Virus record (IMG/VR): IMGVR_UViG_3300025383_000015
Span: 1 to 64,000 of that record
DNA length: 64,000 bases
Reading direction: 5' to 3' (one strand)
Source of the DNA: a virus
Position numbers and translations under genes: made by a program. Below are positions 36,579 through 46,799 of the stretch, in pieces. Under the pieces are notes generated by a model, which saw nothing but the letters and a program-made list of their open reading frames with translations, ran no database searches and was not told where the DNA came from. Positions within the stretch are counted from its first letter, which is position 1; each line of letters starts with the position of its first letter.

Positions 36579-38590
36579 TGATTATCCTTCACAAGTTTAA
36601 TCTCACATGCATCAGTAGTGCAGTAAGCCTCACCAATAGCATCAATAGCCATACCAGCATAGACACCAGCGAAGTCGATTGGGAAGAGAGCCTTACAAGC
36701 CTCCTCGTACTCTTCCTCTGTGATCTGTGTGTACGGCATTTGTGGGTAGACATCATTCATCATAGGCAAGAATGAGACAGTCTTTAGTTGTCCGTCATAC
36801 ATGTGCAAAGCCGTACCAATAGCAGATGCCTCTGTCTCTGGGTCAAAAGATACAGTGACAGATACAGAGTTATCTGACCAGTATCGTTGAGCCGTAGCAG
36901 CAAGAGCCATCTTCTCGTAAATAGATACGTCCTTCTCAGAACGCTTGGCTTCGCTCTTGATTGGGAAGAACACAACAGAAGTTCCCTTTGGATCTTCATT
37001 GGCTGGCTCAATACGATAGTTAGCCATAGTAAAGAGAGCAAGCATTGGGTCGTTATTACGGAAGCGGATTGCACGATTGAAGTACTGACCGCCAACAGTC
37101 CAGTGAACTCCTGGAGATTCACCTGCGAGGATAGAGACTGTGCCTGATGGCTTTACAGTTGTAGTCTTAATTGACTCACGAATACCAAGCCATTCAGAGT
37201 AAGACTTGTCATAGCCCTGAATAACTTTGTAGCCCTCGTCCATCCATGAACGAAGAACTGGCAAGCCCTTGTTATCTGCAAAGTTAGCAACGCCAGAGAT
37301 CGATGTACCGATACGGCGATTGCGTTGCATGATTGCGTTGGTCTCTTCCCAGTGGGTAGGGAGAAGAGTGACAGTCTTTGCATAGAGGTAAGCAAACTTA
37401 AGAGTGCGCTTGAAGTCCTCAAGATCGGTATGACGATTGAGGTATGTCTCAACCAAAGTACAGCACTCATAAGACTCAAGAGATTGTTCGGCGCATGGGT
37501 TATAGCCTGAGATGCGCCAGTCTTTGTTGTTCTCTGGATCTGCAAGTCGTCCATACTTACGAGAGACATCCATCCAGATAACTCCAGGCTCTCCGTTACG
37601 GGAAATTCCCTCGATGATAGGGGAAAGATCCTGACCTACTGATACTTCTACAGAGTTGTTGGACATCCAGCCATAGGCAGCACGCTCTGGATACATCTCA
37701 TAGTTCTTAAGGTTCAAGAACTTCTCATCATCAATACGACCCATAAGAAGTTCTGCAGAACGGCGAACGTTTCCAGAGACTACGCATACACCGATGCGGT
37801 TACCGATATCTGCAATATCCGTGCGAGTAAGTAACTCACCAGCACGGCCCGCAAACATAGAAGTTACTTCTTTGTGGAACTCGATGAGGGAGTCGGGGCC
37901 AGCCGCAGTTCCGCCAAATGTCTTGATCGGCTCTCCTGCTGGTCGGATTTGGCTGTAGTCAAAGACAGGCCTCTTCTGATCTGGCTTAAGGAAGGAATTG
38001 ATGAGGGCGGCTGATGACTCGACCCAGCCCTCGCGTGTGTCGGGAATGATGTAGTCGTATTCGCCTTGTGGCTCATAGATTGTGAACTCCTTATCTGCGC
38101 CCTTATCATCGAAGCCAACGCCCACACCGAGCATTGAGGCTTCCATAAGAAAGGCAAATGGTTTTGCTGGATCTGTCTTTGTCATCGAACCTGTCGAGAC
38201 AAAGGCGCAGTTCTGCAACGCTGCAGAGTTACGTTGTTCGTTAACAATAGGTGTACCCATAACCCAGAGACCACGTCCTGGAGGTGTCCACTTCAATTCA
38301 AATAGGCGATCGAACGCTTCCTTAGCCGAGGCTGCAGCCTTGGCATCAGACCATGGCAGGCGGTTTAACTTGGCGTGATCTTTTTGAAGGGAGTACATGC
38401 CATTGATGACTCGCTCGCATACATCTACCCATGTCTCCTTCGTACCATCTGCCTTGAGGCGTGAATAGGTGCGGAGATAGGTGATCTCACCGACTGAATT
38501 TCCTGCAGCATCTTGGTAGCCAAATGGCGCCTTCTTCGTCCTGTACGGAGCGATGAAGTCGTCAGCCAACTTGAATGAAAATAACGACAT
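36575..38590 (-). CDS. nrdJ: Class II (B12-dependent) ribonucleotide reductase
   Basis: PPGRGLW, NCAF, GNVRRSA, NPCAEQ, TVKPSGTVS, C-terminal CTTDAC. Confidence 0.93.
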   Translation of the reverse strand: MSLFSFKLADDFIAPYRTKKAPFGYQDAAGNSVGEITYLRTYSRLKADGTKETWVDVCERVINGMYSLQKDHAKLNRLPWSDAKAAASAKEAFDRLFELKWTPPGRGLWVMGTPIVNEQRNSAALQNCAFVSTGSMTKTDPAKPFAFLMEASMLGVGVGFDDKGADKEFTIYEPQGEYDYIIPDTREGWVESSAALINSFLKPDQKRPVFDYSQIRPAGEPIKTFGGTAAGPDSLIEFHKEVTSMFAGRAGELLTRTDIADIGNRIGVCVVSGNVRRSAELLMGRIDDEKFLNLKNYEMYPERAAYGWMSNNSVEVSVGQDLSPIIEGISRNGEPGVIWMDVSRKYGRLADPENNKDWRISGYNPCAEQSLESYECCTLVETYLNRHTDLEDFKRTLKFAYLYAKTVTLLPTHWEETNAIMQRNRRIGTSISGVANFADNKGLPVLRSWMDEGYKVIQGYDKSYSEWLGIRESIKTTTVKPSGTVSILAGESPGVHWTVGGQYFNRAIRFRNNDPMLALFTMANYRIEPANEDPKGTSVVFFPIKSEAKRSEKDVSIYEKMALAATAQRYWSDNSVSVTVSFDPETEASAIGTALHMYDGQLKTVSFLPMMNDVYPQMPYTQITEEEYEEACKALFPIDFAGVYAGMAIDAIGEAYCTTDACEIKLVKDNQ

Positions 38591-38762
38591 TGATATACCC
38601 TATTTCTTTACTTGTATAAATACCCTGAACTTTTGGGGCTCTAATTGTGAGGCAACGAAACATACCATGCACCTGTTAAGAAGCAAGTTTGACAAGTGCT
38701 GGGACAAAAGGGTAAACGACTACCCAGTTTCATACCTGTTAGTATGCTGTTATCAGATACTA

Positions 38763-40280
38763 CTAATCTTCGATAGATGACTGAATAATCTTCGTGACTG
38801 ACTCTTCCTTGAGAGTTTCAGGTAGTTCACGAAGTGCTTGAGCCCTATCTCCGAAGATTGCGGACAGCACTCCACCAGAAGATTGACGGCTTGCAGTGAT
38901 CTGAATGAACTCTTTATTCTGATCCATCTCGTTGACATTGCCAACCAACTTGAGTAGTCGATCGATCTCTTGCGAGAGATTTGGATCTGCGTATCCACCA
39001 TTCATTTCTTCAGCAAAACGCATAAAAGCCACTCTTTGCCCCTGCATTTCGATAATTGCAGTGAGTAACGCCTTGAGTTGATCTTTTGTTTTTACCTCAA
39101 CTGGCAGGTTGAAGGCGCACTGATTCTGGGGCTTAAAGGCTGGACAATTGCTTGCAACGAAGCAGGTGTCACACTGACGAAGGCTTGCCTGTTGGGTATG
39201 AACGACGGGGACATCTCGCAGAACATCCTTGCCGTCATCTCCTGTCTCTACGATTGTTTTGGTCTTGAAGCCAAACACTGGAAGATTTTGCATCTCTTCT
39301 GGGGCGCGTTCTACCACTTCGGAGCGTTCTTGTTTCCGCACTTCGGGAGCACTAATGTCAGATGGTGTACCCCCCATTTCCATCATTAGCCCCGTATACA
39401 GATCATCACTGTTATCAGATACTATGTCCTTTTTTCCCCCATCAATGACGTGGAAGGTAGGCGGTTTCTTCTCCATAGCGGACTCCATCTGTAGGTATGA
39501 CCAGACTGCAACTCTAGTCGATTCGAGGGTACTATCTTTAACAAACTCAGAATAGTCTAGCCCAGCACGCTCTACGACAGTCTTGTAACGGATGCGGGCT
39601 TGGTCTTTCATGCGCTTGGGATAGCGCTTGATCTGCTTGCCGTCCCAGACGATCGTCTCGCCTCTACGCATAGGTGAGAGCCACGACAATGTGCTGGCAG
39701 AGCCAAATGGTATCTGTCGAAGGTTGTCTGGCTTGGCACAGCCAAGGGCGTGGAAAGTGGTTCCTGTCTGCCGTGCAAGACCGCGTGTGACACCTGACAG
39801 GTTAGTTACCGACTCAATCTCAGAGTTAGGAATAAGTATGTTGGGATAACGGCCCGCAAGTTCTCGCAAGTTACTTATCCCGTAGGATTCATGCCAGACT
39901 ACCCATAACTTTGGATCGTTCTCAAAGAAAGGACGCTGGGCTTCAATCCACTCTCTACCTAATACCTGTGAGTCAAACTCGTGGAAGGCTAGGGCGCGAT
40001 CTGCGTTGTTGACAAGAAACTCTTGGTATTCAGAGGCTAGGGCGAGTAGTTCCTGCCTTGATAGCCCAGCCTTATCCGCTTGAGCAGCACCTGACTCAAT
40101 GATGACTTGAGTCTCAGGAGTGAAATGTTCGCTAATCAGCCAGATCTTAGTCTTAGGCAACCCACGCTTACGAAGACCCCAGAAGTTGAGTCCCATCGCC
40201 TCAACTTTCATACCTTCTAAGAGCGTGCGGTTAGAGCCTACTTCGGCTCCTGAGAATACGATCTTAGTCAGAGTACTCAC
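38763..40280 (-). CDS. TGT/DpdA-like TIM-barrel protein (divergent) fused to a Cys4 Zn module and helical tail
   Basis: IIESGA, FHALG, SASTLSW..RRG resemble TGT-like DSGA/HxLG/SxDSxSW; CDTC..C...C. Confidence 0.45.
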   Translation of the reverse strand: MSTLTKIVFSGAEVGSNRTLLEGMKVEAMGLNFWGLRKRGLPKTKIWLISEHFTPETQVIIESGAAQADKAGLSRQELLALASEYQEFLVNNADRALAFHEFDSQVLGREWIEAQRPFFENDPKLWVVWHESYGISNLRELAGRYPNILIPNSEIESVTNLSGVTRGLARQTGTTFHALGCAKPDNLRQIPFGSASTLSWLSPMRRGETIVWDGKQIKRYPKRMKDQARIRYKTVVERAGLDYSEFVKDSTLESTRVAVWSYLQMESAMEKKPPTFHVIDGGKKDIVSDNSDDLYTGLMMEMGGTPSDISAPEVRKQERSEVVERAPEEMQNLPVFGFKTKTIVETGDDGKDVLRDVPVVHTQQASLRQCDTCFVASNCPAFKPQNQCAFNLPVEVKTKDQLKALLTAIIEMQGQRVAFMRFAEEMNGGYADPNLSQEIDRLLKLVGNVNEMDQNKEFIQITASRQSSGGVLSAIFGDRAQALRELPETLKEESVTKIIQSSIED

Positions 40281-40755
40281 CTATATCGGTGGGTGGTCGA
40301 GACCTTTCCACAGAACGGGCAATGTTGGCTCTATTTACTGCTTCTTCAATCTCTGCCCATGTGCGATATGGCTTAGGAGCATCTGGGCGGTTTTCTACCT
40401 TGGCATATGAAGGATGAGAGAACAGAAGTGTGGCAACTCGTTGATTCTCAAACACCCATGCACACATGGCTGGGTCAGAGTCTACATAGAACTCTACAGG
40501 GGCTTGGCTACGGAGTAACTTGAATTGGCGTTTTTTTAGGTCGTCACCTTCAAGATGTACCTCATCGCAAACAAGGTCGTCATAGCCAATAATTCCATGG
40601 CTAAACAGCCATTGTTCTGCATCAGCCTTGGTGCGGGAAGTTAGAAGTGCAACACGATTGCCGTTGTTGAGTGCGTAATACACCGCAACTCCTGCTCGTA
40701 TTGGTTCTCCTGTATCAGAACTTAGTACCCCGTCTAGTGATAGTAGTATATTCAA
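40264..40755 (-). CDS. HAD-fold protein with degenerate motif I
   Basis: LLSLDGVL, LLTSR, FYVDSDP. Confidence 0.65.
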   Translation of the reverse strand: MNILLSLDGVLSSDTGEPIRAGVAVYYALNNGNRVALLTSRTKADAEQWLFSHGIIGYDDLVCDEVHLEGDDLKKRQFKLLRSQAPVEFYVDSDPAMCAWVFENQRVATLLFSHPSYAKVENRPDAPKPYRTWAEIEEAVNRANIARSVERSRPPTDIGEYSD

Positions 40756-40768
40756 CGTTTATCCTTGT

Positions 40769-41800
40769 CTAAATGCCTGATTCTCTTCCATATAAATGCG
40801 CATTACTTCCTGAAGGATGTGGGTAATTAACAGAAGGCTTTTGTATTTGTGGTTTTGGTATGTTTGGTTTAGTGCCATCAAGGTATGTACGGTTACCTAC
40901 ACTGTCAATTAAGTGGCTAGGTCCTTCTACTTTAAAACCCTTAGGAGAAGTAAAAACAGAAGAACCTTCGTTTGTAACTGCAGAACTATCCAGTGGAGAA
41001 ACTTTGTGAACTACTCCAAACAACGACTGTTGTTGAGCATGTCCTGGAAGAGATCTCGTTCCGCTCATAGAGTCTTGAGCATACATTTCTGCAGTTTTAG
41101 GCTCTGAAGTAGAAAATGCTGTTCCTTGAGAAGTGGCGCCACCAGGCCTAATTACTTCTCCTGGTTTCATGGCTACATTGTTTCCATGGTACAACTGAGG
41201 TGTACTAGACGGTTTAAATTGTGCTGGGTTTGTAACTGTGTGCGAATCTGGAAGGATATTACTTGCAGGTTTAGACATTCTTTGAGCAGCACCGCCAAAC
41301 ATATCTAGTTGCTCTACGTGACCTGCACCAGATAGATGACCAGCATCAGAACTAATGCGAGCAACACTGCCTACAGAATCTGCACTCTTAAGCATGTCTC
41401 CGCCCTTAACAGCAGCATTTAGACCAATATCTAATCCTTTAATTCCTTCACCAATTCCAGGAACAACCATCGCCGCTGTAGAGGCTGCGTTAATTCCTCC
41501 CATAATTGAGTGGCCAATACCACCAGCAATACCGCTAAATCCACCTCTAGAAAAGTCTTGTCCTGCTTGCCTAAAATCCGTGGCACCAGTTGTTGATGAA
41601 ATGGCATTACCTAATGCGTTTGCTTTATAAGGGGAAAATGTGGTTCCACCCGAAGTGGTTGCAGGAGTTGATGTAGTCGCAGTTTGACTTGCCATTGAAG
41701 GTGCTGTTGGGAGTGTGAACCCTCCAGAAGAGCCCATAGATGAACCTGCTGAACCAGAAGTAGAGGGACCAAACTGACTACCACTTAATGATGAGGCCAT
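40769..41800 (-). CDS. Tagged protein (LSGSQF) with Gly-rich region and C-terminal Arr-like ART domain
   Basis: LYHGNNVAMKPGEVIRPG...FSTS....A..YA...VHKVSP. Confidence 0.55.
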   Translation of the reverse strand: MASSLSGSQFGPSTSGSAGSSMGSSGGFTLPTAPSMASQTATTSTPATTSGGTTFSPYKANALGNAISSTTGATDFRQAGQDFSRGGFSGIAGGIGHSIMGGINAASTAAMVVPGIGEGIKGLDIGLNAAVKGGDMLKSADSVGSVARISSDAGHLSGAGHVEQLDMFGGAAQRMSKPASNILPDSHTVTNPAQFKPSSTPQLYHGNNVAMKPGEVIRPGGATSQGTAFSTSEPKTAEMYAQDSMSGTRSLPGHAQQQSLFGVVHKVSPLDSSAVTNEGSSVFTSPKGFKVEGPSHLIDSVGNRTYLDGTKPNIPKPQIQKPSVNYPHPSGSNAHLYGRESGI

Positions 41801-42738
41801 TATCGTGTACTCCTGTAAGTTGCTGCTCTTCTAATAAGGGTCTGAGTATCTGGTAACTGTACGCCGTAGTTCTCTTCGGCAGTTCCTTCTTTGTACGCTT
41901 GCAAGTAGTCGTGCATCTGGCGAAGTGCTGGAATGGTTCCGTATTTCTTTCCTGCTTGCCAACGATAATTGTAGAAATCTGAATAACCTTCGCCGTTTTG
42001 GTTAAAGGCGTATCTACGAGCATGGTGAATATCATCAAACAACGCTGAACCTTGAGATAACGATGCTTGCAAACGTGTTTCGGCATTTCTGCGTGCTGCA
42101 TCGTTTTGAGCACCTTGTAAATCTGCAAGGGCTTTGGAGTAACGTCCGACAATATCTGAGGCTACATCACGATCACGTTGCGCTAACGCTTCCCATACAG
42201 GACGATAAGGTGCACTCTGTTGTTGTGGGTGTACAGTCCACTCGTTGTGCGTAAGATCGTATGCAGCGTATGGGTTGATTGACGTAATGTCTGTTGCGCC
42301 AGGATTAACGTAGAAAGTTACTTCAAACCCATTCCAGTTTTCTGTCTCTGGTTGTAGGTAGGTGCGAAAATCTTCGTTGAGCATTTGGCTGATTTCTGTA
42401 TCGCCAAGTCCAAGGTATTCAGGGTTGGCTTTACGGAATTGAATATAGTTTACTCCGATAAGAACATCTAGATCTCCAGGCTCACGAGCAGCAGACCATT
42501 GGTATGAAACGCCAGAACCAGCAATCCATACATGTGCCCATAGATCGGCATGACGATACTTTTCATGCAAGAAGTCAAACAGCAACTGCATCAAGCCAGA
42601 ACGAACCCAACCTTTAAGTTGGTTGCCTGAAAATAAACGAGGATCTAAATCGTGTTCAGGGGTAGAAAAATAGGACGTGGCTCTGCCTTCTAAATTGATA
42701 GGTTGAACAAACCTATCGAGACCATCAGAGCGATTCAT
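41800..42738 (-). CDS. Pol-beta-superfamily nucleotidyltransferase
   Basis: IAGSGVSYQW....GDLDVLI. Confidence 0.7.
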   Translation of the reverse strand: MNRSDGLDRFVQPINLEGRATSYFSTPEHDLDPRLFSGNQLKGWVRSGLMQLLFDFLHEKYRHADLWAHVWIAGSGVSYQWSAAREPGDLDVLIGVNYIQFRKANPEYLGLGDTEISQMLNEDFRTYLQPETENWNGFEVTFYVNPGATDITSINPYAAYDLTHNEWTVHPQQQSAPYRPVWEALAQRDRDVASDIVGRYSKALADLQGAQNDAARRNAETRLQASLSQGSALFDDIHHARRYAFNQNGEGYSDFYNYRWQAGKKYGTIPALRQMHDYLQAYKEGTAEENYGVQLPDTQTLIRRAATYRSTR

Positions 42739-42750
42739 GCCCTAAGTCTA

Positions 42751-43026
42751 TTAGTTTTGAGACGGTTCTATGCCTCTATCGCTTAATGCATCTATGATTT
42801 TTGCACGTATTTCTGCACTAGGATCAGTGGGGCGCATACCATTTATTACCAATTTGGCAACGCGTTCAGCCAAAAGTTGGTTATCAATCTCTGAAACCAA
42901 TTCTTTGCTGGACTGGTAAATATCAAAGGTAGTGGCTTGTCGAGAAACTCCTTCGCCAGCAGCCTGAGAAACAGTGGTAATTGAACTATCGTCATTAATA
43001 GTTACTGTGTAGATTGCTTGAGCCAT
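42751..43026 (-). CDS. Hypothetical protein
   Basis: Abuts the upstream gene. Confidence 0.6.
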   Translation of the reverse strand: MAQAIYTVTINDDSSITTVSQAAGEGVSRQATTFDIYQSSKELVSEIDNQLLAERVAKLVINGMRPTDPSAEIRAKIIDALSDRGIEPSQN

Positions 43027-43572
43027 TTACTTTCCCATCAACTTGCGTTTACGTTGGGCTACACCAACTGCTACAGGGCAAAAATCGCATAGGTAAGTTT
43101 TTGGTCCTGGTGCATCGAGGTAACTGCCCATACCTTCTGCTTTTCTTTCTTTTTGTGTTTTAGGAATTAGCAAACGATCTTTTGCGTGCCAATCCAAGCA
43201 ACCTTCTTTTGGCTTATTATGTTTGCTATAGCACTCCATTGCACCTTCCATGAAGGTAGAACGGGAGTCATAAAATGAGTCATCGAACTCTGCAAGACCA
43301 GCAGATCCTCCACCCTTAATCTGGCGAATGATCTCTCTCTTGGACTCTGTAGATGCCCAAACCCTAAGAGGAAGAACAAATAACTTGCCCTTGTGCGGTT
43401 CGCCTGAGGGAAACACATGTACTTCACACGCAACTGCAAGAAGATGATCTAATTCAACTGGGCCGTCATAAGGCGGTAACTCTTCTAAAGTTCCGCAGAC
43501 AAGGCAATAAAGGAGCCGAAACATTGGCTCATTTTCAGATTTGCGTTCTCCAAGTAGTGGTACGTTTGACAT
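43027..43572 (-). CDS. Cys-rich hypothetical protein
   Basis: CLVC, C..H...C, CDFC. Confidence 0.65.
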   Translation of the reverse strand: MSNVPLLGERKSENEPMFRLLYCLVCGTLEELPPYDGPVELDHLLAVACEVHVFPSGEPHKGKLFVLPLRVWASTESKREIIRQIKGGGSAGLAEFDDSFYDSRSTFMEGAMECYSKHNKPKEGCLDWHAKDRLLIPKTQKERKAEGMGSYLDAPGPKTYLCDFCPVAVGVAQRKRKLMGK

Positions 43573-43629
43573 AGTGCTCCCTTGTTAGGGAACCAACCTA
43601 CAAAACCCTAAACGGGCTGTGGGGTTAAA

Positions 43630-44442
43630 CTAGTTGTTTTTTGGCGCTTTAGGACTGTTGTCGTACTCAGGCATTGCCCATCCACCCATGTGAGGCATAT
43701 GCTTTTTTAACTCTGAGCCGTGAGGTTGACCTGAACGATAACCTTTAGGACTTAACCAACGAACATCAGCAGTATGGCTGTAATCACCGTTTTCGTGATA
43801 AAAGTTTATTTTACGCTTTGGGTTGTCTCCACGATCAGGAACCATTGTTGGCATGATTACTTACCTGGGTTTACCTTATTAGGCATTTCAGAGGTAATAA
43901 ACCCATAACCTGAGAATGGGTGAAGTGACTCGCGGTTACGCATGGTCTCTTCGTGACCTTGTCCTGGGATAACCTCTGTGTTAGGGCGAGCCTTGCGGTA
44001 CTTGCCGTCAGTTGCACCCTCGTCAAGTGAACGGTTCATTGAACGTGAAGAGTTAACTGCCATGATTACTTCTTTCCCTTTAAGGTTGCGTCTAAGGCTT
44101 GTGCTGTTCGGGCATAACGCTCTTTACGAGAAGTGTTTTGCCACAAGACACTGTCTTTGGTATTGGCTACATTATGGACGATTGCTCGTTCTTTAGCACT
44201 CTGAACACGGGTTCGTCTGCGATCGTTGAACCAATTTGCAATCATGCCATTTTTCCTTTAATTCGGCTTGCCTTTGCCTGACTTAGGCAGTTGAGGCATT
44301 TACCTTGGTTATACATAAATTCTACTGGGTTCATAATGACTCCACAGGTTGGACATGGAGCAGATCCACGATAATGCATGGCATTTTGCATGACCTTTTT
44401 GGCTTGCAATTCCATTGTCTCAGCGCCGTCGCCATCAAACAT
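43630..44442 (-). other. Run of small hypothetical genes (43630-43854, 43857-44063, ~44067-44245, 44242-44442)
   Basis: Tightly packed ORFs; 44242-44442 has CPTC/CLNC. Confidence 0.55.
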
Positions 44443-44804
44443 TAGTTAGTCCCCAAATCGTTACGGCTGCTACCAGTGTAGCCAGCAGGAGATCCTGAGT
44501 ACCAAGAAACTCTAGGCTCATGATAATTGCGATCTACGCTTACGACATCCTCAATTCCTGGCTGAACACTTGGGCCGTAACCATACCGATCAGGAAACAA
44601 TCTAATCTGTGGAAGAGGTGGACGTACCATTGTTTGAATGTCTTTTCCTGGAATACCCATCACCATAAGTGCTTGAGATGTTAAACGTTCCATGTTGCTT
44701 GACCAAGGGCCGTTATACGACCAACGTTTTGCTACTTGATCAGGCTGTACTGGTGCACGCCATGGTTTGGTGTAGTCGTAGTTGCCGTCAAATGTCTGTG
44801 TCAT
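44442..44804 (-). CDS. Hypothetical protein
   Basis: TAATG-coupled ORF. Confidence 0.6.
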   Translation of the reverse strand: MTQTFDGNYDYTKPWRAPVQPDQVAKRWSYNGPWSSNMERLTSQALMVMGIPGKDIQTMVRPPLPQIRLFPDRYGYGPSVQPGIEDVVSVDRNYHEPRVSWYSGSPAGYTGSSRNDLGTN

Positions 44805-45024
44805 TAGAACAACTCCCCTTTGTCATGGTGCTTTTGCATGTGCTCTTTTGCAGCCCGCAGTGTTGGGTAGTACAGCCCAGTTGGGTGAGATGAGAACCAC
44901 ACTCTTCCTGTTGGAGTGTTAGACGCATCTACTTGCAACCCACAACAACCCGTGTATGATCCTGCAAAGTTTTTCTTTACGCTAAATTTGTGACCACTAC
45001 CATGATCAAATTCTTCAGATTTGG

Positions 45025-45666
45025 TCATCCGATTGCTCCTCGATGTTGTACCCACGTTGTGGCTTGTACCTTGTGCGGTAGTTCAATACCTAGTTCGTTT
45101 GATGCGTGCTTATACGCCTGCTCAAAATGCTTGTAACGACCCATAGCACTTAATCCAAGATCAACGTTTGCTTTTCCTGGCATGTTCTCTGGTGTGGCTG
45201 TGCCACGGAACGGAATACCTACCGCAATATCGTGAGCATGGCGATCAATCGTTACAGGGTTTGGATTGCTAGGATCAACAATGTTCTCGTAAAAACTACG
45301 GACTTTATGTCCACCAAGAACTGTGCGCGGATCTTCTCCTGCATGAATTCGTAATGCTTTGTTTAAGTTATCTTCTGTGTGTGATGCTGTACCGTGATGA
45401 AACAACTCGGTTGCTAAGTCAATGTTACGACCCCAACCAGTCTGGGGTGAAAGGGCTGCAATAACTCCTGCGCCTCTTTCTACATTTCCTTTTCCTAAAG
45501 TGTTTGCAATATCGTGAGCACGCTCGTACCACTCGTGTCCGCCTTTTAACATCTCTGGAGATGCTTGGCGATACTTGTCCATGATGTTACTTACATGGGC
45601 TTGAAACTGCTGTTGAGCAAGGTTCTTATCCCAACGACCGTGTGGATCTACGCCAAATTTAGCCAT
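45025..45666 (-). CDS. HhH-glycosylase-like domain protein
   Basis: WYERA...AGVIAALSPQTGW..N...KVRSF...VTIDRHA...QATTW. Confidence 0.55.
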   Translation of the reverse strand: MAKFGVDPHGRWDKNLAQQQFQAHVSNIMDKYRQASPEMLKGGHEWYERAHDIANTLGKGNVERGAGVIAALSPQTGWGRNIDLATELFHHGTASHTEDNLNKALRIHAGEDPRTVLGGHKVRSFYENIVDPSNPNPVTIDRHAHDIAVGIPFRGTATPENMPGKANVDLGLSAMGRYKHFEQAYKHASNELGIELPHKVQATTWVQHRGAIG

Positions 45667-45667
45667 G

Positions 45668-46201
45668 TTATGCCCACGCAGGTCTCAAGTAAGCAAGCAT
45701 CGCTTGACGGCGTGCATTAATCTCTACAGGTTCGTTAGCCATTGTGTTGGCTTTACCATCGTTAACAAGGTGTGGAGCAGGAGCCAACTGGGTTTGTGGT
45801 GCAGCCCTTGGAACTTTAAATACCATACCGCCATCAACATCAACCAACTTGGCTTTCATTTGACGCTTAAGACCGCTCTCCATGTTGACAGAGTCAGGCC
45901 AAAAATACATAGACGGCTCAATGCGCTCACCTTTGTGGACGCCACGTTGGTATGACTTCTGATTGACACGATTCTTGATTGAATCCAATAGGCGATCATC
46001 GCGACGTGAACGGATTGTGCCTAAATAACCGTCAGGATATTCTGCTGATGGGATACGTCCAACACCAATACGAGACTGGTCTAAGGAATCGCGAGCAACA
46101 GGGGTACCAGCACCTGTTTGGTTGTTGTACCCATACATGCCACCAGCGCCAAGAGACTGCCAGTTCTGTTGCGGAGAAAAGTTGTTATAACCGCCAGCCA
46201 T
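45668..46201 (-). CDS. Hypothetical protein
   Basis: AEYPDGYLGTIRSRRDDRLL...RGVHKGERI. Confidence 0.65.
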   Translation of the reverse strand: MAGGYNNFSPQQNWQSLGAGGMYGYNNQTGAGTPVARDSLDQSRIGVGRIPSAEYPDGYLGTIRSRRDDRLLDSIKNRVNQKSYQRGVHKGERIEPSMYFWPDSVNMESGLKRQMKAKLVDVDGGMVFKVPRAAPQTQLAPAPHLVNDGKANTMANEPVEINARRQAMLAYLRPAWA

Positions 46202-46797
46202 TATTCACGACCGATCACTTTACGTTGCTTCATAGCGCGGTTTGTGTTGATTGTTTGAAGCACTTCACCAAACTTATGTCCAGAATCTGACGTCTTTTCC
46301 CAGTCTTTGTTCTGGTATTCAGACTTGGTAAAACTTCCCTTGCCACCCTTCATATCAAGAGCGCCAGGACGGTAATTAGGATCTACATCGTTCTTACCAA
46401 ATTGACCCATGTGAAGAAGAACTGCACCGCCGTTTGGTCCAACAGTTGCACCCTTTTTGTTTACTGGAGTGTGTGGCAATCCGTAGGATTCCATTTCACC
46501 AACAGTTGTACCCATGGAACGAGCAGCATTTGGCGTTGGAGCCTTTACTGAAATGTCTTGAGTACGTCCCCATGCTCCGTGAATTGCTCCAGGAACATTT
46601 GCTGCTACAGCAGCATTTTTATTGTGAAATGACCCAATGTCTTCACTCGTCAAATCGTGCTCTGAAGTATGTTCTGCTTCAGGAATTGCTGCAGTCATAA
46701 ATCCACGACCAGTTACAGGCTCACGGCTAAAATAGCCGATAGATCCGCCACCGTGCTCTTTAACGTGTGCAGCAAACTCATCGTTGCTTAGTGGCAT
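46201..46797 (-). CDS. Hypothetical protein with MPLSNDEF tag
   Basis: GGAG RBS; GG.I...G+M...HGAW...DIS pattern. Confidence 0.6.
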   Translation of the reverse strand: MPLSNDEFAAHVKEHGGGSIGYFSREPVTGRGFMTAAIPEAEHTSEHDLTSEDIGSFHNKNAAVAANVPGAIHGAWGRTQDISVKAPTPNAARSMGTTVGEMESYGLPHTPVNKKGATVGPNGGAVLLHMGQFGKNDVDPNYRPGALDMKGGKGSFTKSEYQNKDWEKTSDSGHKFGEVLQTINTNRAMKQRKVIGRE

Positions 46798-46799
46798 GG

